Below the pieces are notes generated by a model. It saw only the letters and a program-made list of their open reading frames with translations. It did no database searches and was not told the origin of the DNA. Source: Candidatus Micrarchaeota archaeon (GTDB taxonomy: Archaea; Micrarchaeota; Micrarchaeia; Anstonellales; Bilamarchaeaceae). Taken from it: a stretch of DNA of 63,235 nt. The translations under genes and the position numbers were made by a program. The stretch covers positions 1 through 63,235 of the forward strand of contig CAZPWA010000002.1 in NCBI GenBank assembly GCA_964590665.1. The letters are read 5' to 3'. Below, piece after piece: positions 1-8,627 of the stretch (positions within the stretch are counted from its first letter, which is position 1; each line of letters opens with the position of its first letter).

Positions 1-1
1 C

Positions 2-475
2 AAACCAATAGACTCTGCTCCTGATTCATTTGCATTTCTTTTTTTGGATTTTTTACGATCAAACGGAATCCAAAGCGGAAAAATTTTGGAAATAGAGGGG
101 TCAAATCTTGCAAATATGAACCTTTTTTTCTCTAATCATTTTGAGCCTTCGGTCATGTCTCCAACTGATAAATCTGATTTAAACTTTGATCAATATGGAA
201 TTGCATTCTATTGCCATTCTCCCTTTGATTACTGGCCATTTGAAGATCTGCATTTCAATTTCATTTTTGATTTGCACACAAATTTTTCTTCATTGGATTT
301 AGGTTTGCTTCATCTATATGTTGAGAATTTTTCTCGAACATTGGTTTTAGGGGGTTTTGGGGCAGTTGCGTTTGAGGAATCTAAATCTCCCTATTTTCTC
401 TCCTTATTTGAAAAGCATGGCCTGGTTTTAGAAAAAAAATGTGAAAATGAAATTTTTATTTTAAGAAAAATCTAA
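2..475 (+). CDS. hypothetical protein, probably 5'-partial (frame open to window edge)
   Basis: The ORF track gives 44..475 starting at an internal TTG. The same frame has no stop back to nt 2 (KPIDSAPDSFAFLF-LDFLRSNG), so the gene likely starts left of the window. No motif recognised. Confidence 0.5.
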   Translation, partial: KPIDSAPDSFAFLFLDFLRSNGIQSGKILEIEGSNLANMNLFFSNHFEPSVMSPTDKSDLNFDQYGIAFYCHSPFDYWPFEDLHFNFIFDLHTNFSSLDLGLLHLYVENFSRTLVLGGFGAVAFEESKSPYFLSLFEKHGLVLEKKCENEIFILRKI

Positions 476-3159
476 TTTCTTTCTCCGTATTCTTGCAAGA
501 ATCTTTCGTACTCTAAAAGAAGTTCTCTTGTGATGGATGGTTTTCTTTTGGTAATTAATTCCAGTGCAGTTTCTGTATTTACTTTTCCTTCTTTTCCTGA
601 TATTTTTTCTTTCAATTTACTCATTTTGATATTTTGACAGATTGCTGCGATATCTGCACCTGAGAATCCTTCTGTGTTTTGGGCTAATTTTTCCAAATCC
701 ATTTCCTGCGCAATTTTTCCCAAATTCAACTTGAACATTTCTTTTCTGCCTTCTTTGTGAGGTTGTGGTATGTAGAATATTTTATCAAATCTTCCCGGTC
801 TTAAAATTGCACTATCTAAATTGGCTGGCTTATTTGTTGCTCCAATCACTAAAACCCCTTTCAATTCCTTTATTCCATCCATTTCTGATAAGAATTGGCC
901 TAATATTTCACTATTTACTGAAGTTCCTCTGCTTGGTGCAAATGTTTCTATCTCATCTATGAAAATAATTGAAGGGCTGTTTTCCCTTGCTCTGTTGAAC
1001 GCTTCTTTAATTACTGTTACTGCCTGCGTGTAGCCTTTTTGCATCAACTCTGCTCCGCTTAAAACCTGGAATGAGGCTTTAAGTTCATTTGCTGCGGCTT
1101 TAACAATCATTGTTTTTCCTGTTCCTGGAGGCCCAAAGAGCAGTATTCCTTTTGTTGGTTTTATGTCCAATTCTTTCATTTCTTTTTCATGCAAGAGCGG
1201 TAGTTGTATTGTTTCTAATAATGACTCCTTGACTTTATCTAAGCCTACGACATCTTCCCATTTTACGCCTCTCTCTTCCTTCTTATTTTCCTTCTTTTTT
1301 GAGGTGCTTCTTCTTTCAAAATCCAATTTGAATTGTTCGTATTTATCTAATTGTGCAATTGCAGTGCTGGGTTTGACATCGGAAATGGTTTCGACTATGT
1401 GCTCTTGAGTAATTGGAACTACCTTGTTTTTCACTATTGCTTCCTTTGCTGCTCTCTCCTTTGCTTCATTTACTATGTTTTTGATGTCTGCGCCGGAAAA
1501 TCTTTCTGTTTTCTTTGCTAAAATTTCCAGATTCATATCTTCTGAAACTGGTACTTTTGAAAGGTGCACTTTGAATATTTCTTTTCGAGCATCCAAATCC
1601 GGAAGGTGCATATAAATTATTTTATCAAATCTTCCAGGTCTTAAAATCGCAGGATCTAATTCATCTGGAATGTTTGTCGAACCTATGACTATGACACTTT
1701 TATCGCTTTTGACTCCGCCATCCATTTCCTGAAGCAATGTTGTCAAAACATTTGCTCCAACCGTATCCATCTTGTTTGTCCCTCTTTTTCTGGCAAGACT
1801 GTCTATTTCATCAAAAAACAAGACGGTTGGTGCATTTTTTCTTGCATTTGCAAATACTTCAATAACATTTTTTTCTGCTTCTCCAACCCATTCTGAGAGA
1901 ATCTGTGCACATCTTACTTCAATGAAATTGAATTTCAATTCCTTTGCAAGCGCTCTCATCATCATTGTTTTTCCTGTTCCTGGAGGTCCAAAGAGTAAAA
2001 TTCCGCTTGGAGGTTTCATTCCATATGTATATGCGATTTCTTTTTTCTTTAGTGGGATAAGTATCGCTTCTTTAAGTTCTGTTTTAACGTCGTTATACCC
2101 TCCTATTTCATCAAGTGTTTTTTCTGATGAAGCAAGTGACATATCTGACATTCCAAATTTTCCATATGCTTTCATTTTTTCTGCTCTTGTCACTTCACTT
2201 TCCTTTGAAATGTTGAATCCAATTTGCTCTAAAATTATGAAAAATCCTATTGAAATAATCACTTCAATTAAGAATTCTACTCTAAATTCTCCCCCGTATA
2301 AAATAGAAATTACATAGTTTCCAACGAGGGGAAGTAGAAGCGCAAAGGAAGCGATACTTTGTCCTCTTTTTTCTATTTTATTTGGCAAATACCCAATTAA
2401 ATAGAGGCCGATTCCCCAGAAAATCAGTTGTAAAAAGAGTGAATCTGAAAAAAGCATTATTCCTGTATTTTGAGCTATTTTTCCAACTGCGCTCCAAATT
2501 TTTATTAGATTGTCTGCATTTAGGAATCCTGAAAATGATGCTGCTGCATTTGATGGCAAACTTAAAAGTTCTGATGCAGCCTTGCTAAATCCAAAATCTG
2601 CTTCCTTCTCATACAAGGATAATTTTAGTGGTAAATATGCGCTGTTTTCGACAAACAATATTGAACTAAGTAGCAATATGACAAATATTGCCGGAATTGA
2701 TATTAGTGTGCTTCTTTTGGATCCAAGGTACAAACTTCCGGCAGCCATTCCTATTATTGTTAGTGTTCCAACTAATGGAAGTCCGCTTAGTGCAAAAGGG
2801 GAAAATATCAATATTTGAAGAAATGCTATTATGTTCCAATTTTCGTGTGCTCTAAAAAGAATTAATGCAAAGACTAAGAGAAAGAAAAACGCAAACGGTG
2901 CTGACTGATAAATTACCGAAATTATTCCAAAAAATGAACTTATTATGACTGCAACTTCTGGCTTTTTTATTGCAATTAATGCGCAAAAAATCGCTATGAT
3001 TCCAACAACCTGTATCGGAAAAAATGGAATTGCGCTCAAAAGCGCTATTGTTCCTAAAAATATCAAAAATCCATTCCAGAATTCTTTGCTGTTTTGAATT
3101 TGTTTTACTGTTGCCTTTACTGATTGGACTTGCAAGGATTCTGCCTTTACTTTTTGCAT
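472..3159 (-). CDS. membrane-anchored tandem AAA+ ATPase (CDC48/VCP-like D1+D2 behind a ~330-aa polytopic N-terminal domain)
   Basis: 895-aa ORF with two Walker A copies (GPPGTGKT), Walker B FFDEIDS and IFIDEIE, and two RPGRFD second-region-of-homology segments. The first ~330 aa are runs of hydrophobic helices (about 8-9 TM by eye) in place of a CDC48 N domain. Confidence 0.85.
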   Translation of the reverse strand: MQKVKAESLQVQSVKATVKQIQNSKEFWNGFLIFLGTIALLSAIPFFPIQVVGIIAIFCALIAIKKPEVAVIISSFFGIISVIYQSAPFAFFFLLVFALILFRAHENWNIIAFLQILIFSPFALSGLPLVGTLTIIGMAAGSLYLGSKRSTLISIPAIFVILLLSSILFVENSAYLPLKLSLYEKEADFGFSKAASELLSLPSNAAASFSGFLNADNLIKIWSAVGKIAQNTGIMLFSDSLFLQLIFWGIGLYLIGYLPNKIEKRGQSIASFALLLPLVGNYVISILYGGEFRVEFLIEVIISIGFFIILEQIGFNISKESEVTRAEKMKAYGKFGMSDMSLASSEKTLDEIGGYNDVKTELKEAILIPLKKKEIAYTYGMKPPSGILLFGPPGTGKTMMMRALAKELKFNFIEVRCAQILSEWVGEAEKNVIEVFANARKNAPTVLFFDEIDSLARKRGTNKMDTVGANVLTTLLQEMDGGVKSDKSVIVIGSTNIPDELDPAILRPGRFDKIIYMHLPDLDARKEIFKVHLSKVPVSEDMNLEILAKKTERFSGADIKNIVNEAKERAAKEAIVKNKVVPITQEHIVETISDVKPSTAIAQLDKYEQFKLDFERRSTSKKKENKKEERGVKWEDVVGLDKVKESLLETIQLPLLHEKEMKELDIKPTKGILLFGPPGTGKTMIVKAAANELKASFQVLSGAELMQKGYTQAVTVIKEAFNRARENSPSIIFIDEIETFAPSRGTSVNSEILGQFLSEMDGIKELKGVLVIGATNKPANLDSAILRPGRFDKIFYIPQPHKEGRKEMFKLNLGKIAQEMDLEKLAQNTEGFSGADIAAICQNIKMSKLKEKISGKEGKVNTETALELITKRKPSITRELLLEYERFLQEYGERN

Positions 3160-3211
3160 GGTTTGCTTTCGTCAAAGTATTTTATAAATTATCTCTATCT
3201 ATAATTTTTCT

Positions 3212-3910
3212 ATGTCTGATGTTTCAAACTTGTCTTTGGTTAGTGAAAATATTGACCTTAAATCCATTTTGAAGTTCATTTTGCCCCTTTTAGTTATTCC
3301 CATAACCCTTCTTGCGGTTCATTCTTTTGGTCATGTTGCTGGAGATATTATTATTGGGATTGCATTCTTTGCATCAATTGTTTTTCTTGCAAAAACCCAA
3401 AACGAACGACGCCTTATGATTGTTATGTCTATTTTTGCAATGCTTTTTGAAACTGCAAATGTTGCAATTGGCATCTACAAATACGAATATACGGTGCAAA
3501 TTCCGGTCTGGGTTGCAATTGGCTGGGGTGTTTTAGGCTTCTACATTTACAAAAATCTTCCAATTACAAAGCTTCTTAGTTTGAAAAACTCCCTTATCCT
3601 TTCCTTCATTATCTTTATTTTGGTCTGGGTTTTGATGGGCTCTTCATTTAGCGGCGCAAATGGAATAGTTGCTCTTTTGATTATCATTGGATCTATTTTC
3701 GTGCTCTCTAAGTCCTCATCTTTTCCACATTCATTCTATCTACATATGGCATTATCCGGAATGCTTATTGAATATCTTGGAACTTCGATTGGGGTTTGGA
3801 CTTATTCTGATCCAGCAACAAAAACTGTAATGACTGTTCCTCTTTTGGGTCTTGGAATGGCCTATGCATCAGTTATGTCCTTTTGCATTTGGATTTCAAA
3901 ATTAGAATAA
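3212..3910 (+). CDS. polytopic membrane protein, unknown function
   Basis: 232-aa ORF made almost entirely of hydrophobic helices. No catalytic motif recognised. Confidence 0.6.
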   Translation: MSDVSNLSLVSENIDLKSILKFILPLLVIPITLLAVHSFGHVAGDIIIGIAFFASIVFLAKTQNERRLMIVMSIFAMLFETANVAIGIYKYEYTVQIPVWVAIGWGVLGFYIYKNLPITKLLSLKNSLILSFIIFILVWVLMGSSFSGANGIVALLIIIGSIFVLSKSSSFPHSFYLHMALSGMLIEYLGTSIGVWTYSDPATKTVMTVPLLGLGMAYASVMSFCIWISKLE

Positions 3911-4174
3911 TTATTTTTCAATTTTTACTTCTGCTTCTATTTTTCTCCAATTCCCATTCATAAAATGCTGCAATGTTTTTGTTGTCGAGTCATAAACAAT
4001 GCTCATTTTTGATGCAACATTTATTGGACGATCTATTTCTATTAGTGCATATCTTCTCATCCACTCTATTTCATCTTTAAATGGATTTCTCTCTATTACG
4101 TAGGTCCTGTTTCTCTCTCGTTTGATGTTTTCGCACCAATTCATTACTTTCTCTATTTCTTCCTTTTTGACCAT
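3911..4174 (-). CDS. small hypothetical protein
   Basis: 87-aa ORF filling the gap between flanking genes, with normal charged composition. No motif recognised. Confidence 0.4.
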   Translation of the reverse strand: MVKKEEIEKVMNWCENIKRERNRTYVIERNPFKDEIEWMRRYALIEIDRPINVASKMSIVYDSTTKTLQHFMNGNWRKIEAEVKIEK

Positions 4175-4238
4175 TTTGTCAAGCCCCTCTTATTCTCTGC
4201 ACTCTCTTTTTTATTGATTTTCATTCTATCTCTTATTT

Positions 4239-5105
4239 ATGAAAAACCTCTTCATCCTTTTGATTCTTATTGGAAGTGTTTTTGCAATTCCTATCTCTGA
4301 GTGTATGGAAATCACTTCTCCAGGAGAATATGAATTGATTCGTGATCTTTCTGCAGGATCAATACCTTCCACATCTGTTGGCGGAAATGCATGCATTAGG
4401 GTAAGCGTTTCCCAGGTTTCAATTAATTGCAATGATCACATTATTTCTGGCACTTCTCAAGCAAAATACGGAATTTTACTTGAATCTAATAACTTCCAAA
4501 CTCTCGAAAATATTGATATTTCTCGTTGTGAAATTCAGGGATATGAAGTGGGCATTTTTTCCCCAAAAACAATTCGTTCTTCATTTACTAACTTGACTGT
4601 TTCCGACCTTTCTGGTTATGGTTTGTATTTTTGGGATACTGATAATTCTGTTTTTGCCAATAACTCTGTTTATGATACTGAGGAAACCGGAATTTACTTA
4701 TCATTGGGTTCTGATGCAAATTCCATCTTAAATAACAGTATTAGAAATTCAAATCATCATGGTCTTGCTGTTATGGGAAATGAAAATCAGCTTCTTGGAA
4801 ACGTTATTTTTGACAATAGGGGTAGCGGAATCTTCGTAATTGGCCAAAGTTCTGGAAATACCATAAATCTCAATACTCTGTATGGAAATATGGGCGATGG
4901 AATCGCATTTGAATCAAATGGCGAATCTCGAAACCAGAATCTTGTTAATTTGGATTATGGGAATCGAGATCTTTCTGCGCAAGGTTCGGCTTCTTCATCT
5001 GCTACGAACTCTTCCCCTCTTGCTCGACCTTCGCCATCATCTTCTGCCTGTTGCGCTCCGGTATTTATGCTTGTTGTTTTGGCCTTCCTTTCCAAATCGA
5101 TTTAG
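4239..5105 (+). CDS. secreted right-handed beta-helix (PbH1/NosD-like) repeat protein with C-terminal TM anchor
   Basis: N-terminal signal peptide (MKNLFILLILIGSVFA). Repeated ~22-aa N/G/S-rich units (NNSVYDTEETGIYL, NNSIRNSNHHGLAV, GNVIFDNRGSGIFV, NTLYGNMGDGIAF). Ser/Pro-rich linker followed by a hydrophobic C-terminus (APVFMLVVLAFLSKSI). Confidence 0.7.
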   Translation: MKNLFILLILIGSVFAIPISECMEITSPGEYELIRDLSAGSIPSTSVGGNACIRVSVSQVSINCNDHIISGTSQAKYGILLESNNFQTLENIDISRCEIQGYEVGIFSPKTIRSSFTNLTVSDLSGYGLYFWDTDNSVFANNSVYDTEETGIYLSLGSDANSILNNSIRNSNHHGLAVMGNENQLLGNVIFDNRGSGIFVIGQSSGNTINLNTLYGNMGDGIAFESNGESRNQNLVNLDYGNRDLSAQGSASSSATNSSPLARPSPSSSACCAPVFMLVVLAFLSKSI

Positions 5106-5195
5106 TGTGTTATTTTATCTTTCTTTATGAGTTTCCCAATTCCTTTTTAAATGCTTCTGCTCACAGTTTGTGTTGCAATAATCAATTTTATGTAA

Positions 5196-6023
5196 ATGGG
5201 TGGATATATGAGTTCAAAAGAATTAGTTACTCCAAAAGTTAAGAGAGAAGGTCCTGTAGTTGCTCCAGTAGCACCTCCAAGAAGAACTGCATTTGCAAGA
5301 TTTGCAGGTGTTGCAGTTGTTGCAGCATCTTTAGCAAGATGCGCAGGCGAAGAAATGCCAGCAGCTCCATCATGTGATGAAGCAACTCAATCTTGTGATG
5401 GCGGATCAAGAAGAGATGCATCAACTGATGTTCAAATGCCAAAGACTGATGCAGGAATGACTCCTGTTTCTGATGCAGCAGTTGCAAGGGATGTTCCAGT
5501 TGATTCAGCAAGACCAAGAGACAATACTGGTGCTCTTTTAAGAAGCGGTACAACTCTTCCTTCAACAGAAGGTGAATGTGTCCGATCTGGTCCTTCAGTT
5601 GCTTTCGATTGTGCTCCTTCCTCAAATGGTAATGTTTACACTTTGAGAAACGTTAATTTGGCAAATCCATTGTCTGTTTCATTTAGAGATGCAGAAGATG
5701 GAACCTCATTCGGTTCTCACAATGTGGTTTTCTTCGGCAGCGTTAGAAATGCAACCGGTGCATTATCTGTTTATGCAACCACAAGAAACGTAACTGCTGA
5801 TGAAGTTTGTGCATTAGGTTCAATTACAAGATTGGACTTCCCAACAAATTCAACTACCTTCACTTACACTGTAAATGTCGGTACTGTTAAATCCCAACGA
5901 GTTGAGCAACCAGTTCGTGTAACTATGACTGGTGTTGCATCTTCAACTTCTGGTGATGCAGTAACTGCAGCAACTGTTGAATTACAAACTGTTGGCGGAT
6001 GCGTTTCAGCAAACCTTCAATAA
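5196..6023 (+). CDS. secreted or anchored Ala/Val/Arg/Asp/Thr-rich protein, unknown function
   Basis: 275-aa ORF with an RR-containing signal-like N-terminus (PPRRTAFARFAGVAVVAASLA). Codon choice (gca/gtt/aga/cca/ggt) resembles the tuf gene. The antisense frame also lacks stops, producing a shadow ORF. Confidence 0.6.
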   Translation: MGGYMSSKELVTPKVKREGPVVAPVAPPRRTAFARFAGVAVVAASLARCAGEEMPAAPSCDEATQSCDGGSRRDASTDVQMPKTDAGMTPVSDAAVARDVPVDSARPRDNTGALLRSGTTLPSTEGECVRSGPSVAFDCAPSSNGNVYTLRNVNLANPLSVSFRDAEDGTSFGSHNVVFFGSVRNATGALSVYATTRNVTADEVCALGSITRLDFPTNSTTFTYTVNVGTVKSQRVEQPVRVTMTGVASSTSGDAVTAATVELQTVGGCVSANLQ

Positions 6024-6061
6024 CTTTAATTTTTAATTTTTTATCTTCATTTTATTAATTT

Positions 6062-7015
6062 ATGAAATACTCGAATCTATTCGCGCTTCTTATGTGCGCC
6101 CTGCTTCTGTTTTCTTTTGGTTGTATTAATGAAAAACCAAAGAGCACTGAAAATTTATCCTCTGTGAATTCAACTAATGTTAATTCAACTTTAGACGAAA
6201 TTCCTGATTTTGAGCAATCTTCATCTGATTGTCAATTCACTTCATCCTTTATTGATCCTAAAAACCTCAAACTCTCATTTTCAACTTCTATTACTGGAGA
6301 AGTAACTTGCGCCAAAAACAAGGTTTTCATTCTAAAACTCGACGGAGTTGAAGTTTCAAGACAAAAAATTGAAACTGATTCTCCAACTCCAATTGAATTT
6401 ACTTTTTATCCTAAAAAAGATGGTCAAACAGAAATTTCAGTCTCTTCATTAAGTTCAAGAACCCCACTTTACACAAAAACCCTCAATGTTTCTCCTCTTG
6501 GAGAATCAAGAACTTCTGGGAAGGAAACTGATGATTTTTCATTTAAAAGCTGGCTTGCCTATCAGTTTGAGGTAAAAAATCCAATCAATTTGGATTCAGT
6601 TAGGGCTTTTTTAAGAAGACGAGATTCTGCTGCACAGGAATTCACTAATGTTCGAATCCAGATCTATCCTGATTTGAATGGCGTTCCATCTAAAACTCCA
6701 ATTGCATCTTCTTCACGGTCTATTTCAGATCTTGGCTTAGATGATAAGTGGTTGATCTTTCAATTTTCTCAAAAACCAAATCTAAATTCCGGTAAATACT
6801 GGGTTGTTCTAAATATCGAAGATCATCCTGAAATTCGGGTTGTTAGCGATACTATTGGAATTAGGACAATTTATGGGAACAAGGATCAAAAGGGCAATGA
6901 TTACACTAAATTCATGCGCCTGGATGTAACTCCTGAAGGCGTTGCAACTCAAACGTCTTGGCAAAACTTGCCTTTTGATAGAACCTACTCGATCACAATA
7001 CATGCGCAAAATTAG
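6062..7015 (+). CDS. putative lipoprotein or secreted protein, unknown function
   Basis: Signal peptide ending in a lipobox-like LFSFGC, followed by a Ser/Thr/Asn-rich mature part. No enzymatic motif recognised. Confidence 0.6.
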   Translation: MKYSNLFALLMCALLLFSFGCINEKPKSTENLSSVNSTNVNSTLDEIPDFEQSSSDCQFTSSFIDPKNLKLSFSTSITGEVTCAKNKVFILKLDGVEVSRQKIETDSPTPIEFTFYPKKDGQTEISVSSLSSRTPLYTKTLNVSPLGESRTSGKETDDFSFKSWLAYQFEVKNPINLDSVRAFLRRRDSAAQEFTNVRIQIYPDLNGVPSKTPIASSSRSISDLGLDDKWLIFQFSQKPNLNSGKYWVVLNIEDHPEIRVVSDTIGIRTIYGNKDQKGNDYTKFMRLDVTPEGVATQTSWQNLPFDRTYSITIHAQN

Positions 7016-7437
7016 ATTTTTTCTTCTCTTTTATTTTTTCCCCTTTCATCTACTTTTTTTGCAATAATTTTTAGCTGATCAAATCTTCTATGCATATCAT
7101 TTTCTATTTCTTCTAAAGTTTGCTCAAGCGTTGTTCCTCGTAAATAATAATTTCTTCCATCTTTAATTACGATTCCTGATCTTTGAAACATATTCAAATG
7201 ATATATGACCGCAGCCTGGCTTACTTCGCTTAGTTGCATTATGTCTCTTGATGAAATTCCCTCCCCCTTTCTTCCTGCTCTAACTAATGCCTTAAACACT
7301 TCTCTGCCCAAATCGTCCTTTTCATCTCCAAGTCCAAGACACTGATAAATATATTCTATTTCTGCATCTCCTTCATCTTCTGGCGCAATAGTGATGTACC
7401 TTACAATTATTTGTCTGTAGTATTTTCTTTGCGTCAT
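7012..7437 (-). CDS. winged-helix (ArsR-like) transcriptional regulator
   Basis: HTH-like core ISSRDIMQLSEVSQAAVIYHLNMFQRSGIVIKDGRNYYLRG. Transcribed divergently from hsp20. Confidence 0.6.
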   Translation of the reverse strand: MTQRKYYRQIIVRYITIAPEDEGDAEIEYIYQCLGLGDEKDDLGREVFKALVRAGRKGEGISSRDIMQLSEVSQAAVIYHLNMFQRSGIVIKDGRNYYLRGTTLEQTLEEIENDMHRRFDQLKIIAKKVDERGKNKREEKI

Positions 7438-7537
7438 AAACTAGATTTGCCGCCAAAATATTTAAAAACCTTTTGTAATATTTAACATTTTGTTAAAAAA
7501 TTAAACAAAAAATGAAAAATTAAAAAGAGGTGGAAAA

Positions 7538-7972
7538 ATGAATTATGTAAGAGTTTATGACCCTTTTGGGCAAATAAAAAGATTTGATATGGATGAATTG
7601 TTTTCTGCGTTCCTGTTTCCTTCACCTCCTTCCAAGGAGGTAGCAAATGTTAGAGTTCCGCTTTGTGATTTTGAAGATACAAAGGATTCTTTCCTTATCA
7701 CAATGGAGCTTCCTGGAGTAAAAAAGGAAGACATTAAAGTCACTCTCAATAATAATATTTTGAGTTTAAGTGCTCAGAGGAAAATCGATCGGGAAGCAAG
7801 TTCCAAAAACCCGCATCATTATGAGCGCAACTACTCTTCATTTCAAAGGACTTTTGAATTGCCCTCTAATGTCTCTTATGACTCAATTGATGCGCAATTC
7901 TGTGATGGTTTGTTGAATTTAACTATAAAAAAGCTAAATGCAAATAATGTAAAAGAAATCCAAATAAGGTGA
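7538..7972 (+). CDS. hsp20: small heat shock protein, Hsp20/alpha-crystallin family
   Basis: Alpha-crystallin domain (FLITMELPGVKKEDIKVTL...FQRTFELP...DGLLNLTIKK). Strong SD gaggtgg 5 nt before the ATG. Confidence 0.9.
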   Translation: MNYVRVYDPFGQIKRFDMDELFSAFLFPSPPSKEVANVRVPLCDFEDTKDSFLITMELPGVKKEDIKVTLNNNILSLSAQRKIDREASSKNPHHYERNYSSFQRTFELPSNVSYDSIDAQFCDGLLNLTIKKLNANNVKEIQIR

Positions 7973-8093
7973 TTGTATCTCTAAAGATGCGCAAAAACAT
8001 ACTGAAAAAGAAATTTCAAATCCAGAAAATCAAGTTCCATCTTCTGGGGTTGCACAATTAGATGAAAAAGTAAAATCTCTTGAGGATCGGATC

Positions 8094-8480
8094 TTGAGGC
8101 TTGGTGCGGATTTTGAAAACTACAAAAAGCGCGCTGCAAGAGAAAATGATTTTGTTCGAGAAAATGCCTCTTCAGACATTCTCTCAAAAATTCTTCCTTT
8201 TTTGGATGAATTTGAAATTGCCTTAAATCATCTGCACTCAAAAGATGCAGAATTTGCAAAAGGAATGAAGATGGTTTTCCAAAAGCTTCAAGATACTCTC
8301 AAAAAAGAAGGTTTGGAAGAAACTGGAAAAATTGGAGAAACTTTTGATCCTCATCTTCATGAGGCAATTAGGCACATTTCCGGTGAAGATGGAAAGATAA
8401 TTGATGTTGTTCAAAAAGGTTATTTGCTTCGGGGAAAACTTCTTCGAGCTGCAAAGGTGAGTGTTGGAAATGGTAACTGA
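8094..8480 (+). CDS. grpE: nucleotide exchange factor GrpE (canonical-start ORF; conserved region continues upstream to ~7987)
   Basis: The GrpE helix LEDRILRLGADFENYKKRAARE straddles the TTG at 8094. The frame is open back to 7968 with no ATG/GTG/TTG. The C-terminal part (FDPHLHEAI...GYLLRGKLLRAAKV) is typical GrpE. Confidence 0.85.
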   Translation: MRLGADFENYKKRAARENDFVRENASSDILSKILPFLDEFEIALNHLHSKDAEFAKGMKMVFQKLQDTLKKEGLEETGKIGETFDPHLHEAIRHISGEDGKIIDVVQKGYLLRGKLLRAAKVSVGNGN

Positions 8481-8627
8481 TGAAAAAATTTCAAAAGTAG
8501 GGCATCATGTGAGTGCTCAGGAGCAGAACGCAAAAGATTCTGCATTTTATGTTTCGATTATGAAATCAATGAATTTTCCCGTTGTAGTTGGGATGGCAGG
8601 TTAATGTTTATAAAAAGGTGAAAAATT

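Noticed and set aside
765-3272. Many short ORFs on both strands inside the AAA+ ATPase gene (e.g. 1772..2317, 2510..2818, 2852..3175, 3024..3272)
   Set aside because: They are embedded in or antisense to an 895-aa ORF with unambiguous AAA+ motifs. None has motifs or start signals of its own.
5239-5625. 128-aa minus-strand ORF inside the 5196..6023 gene
   Set aside because: This is a shadow ORF created by the strongly biased codon usage of the plus-strand gene. Its product is a Leu/Gln/His-rich repeat with no plausible fold, and it has no start context.
8505-8525. CIRCE-like half-site (gagtgctca) upstream of dnaK
   Set aside because: Only the right half of the bacterial CIRCE consensus (TTAGCACTC-N9-GAGTGCTAA) is approximated. 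No matching left half sits 9 nt upstream, and no HrcA gene is seen. Most likely chance.
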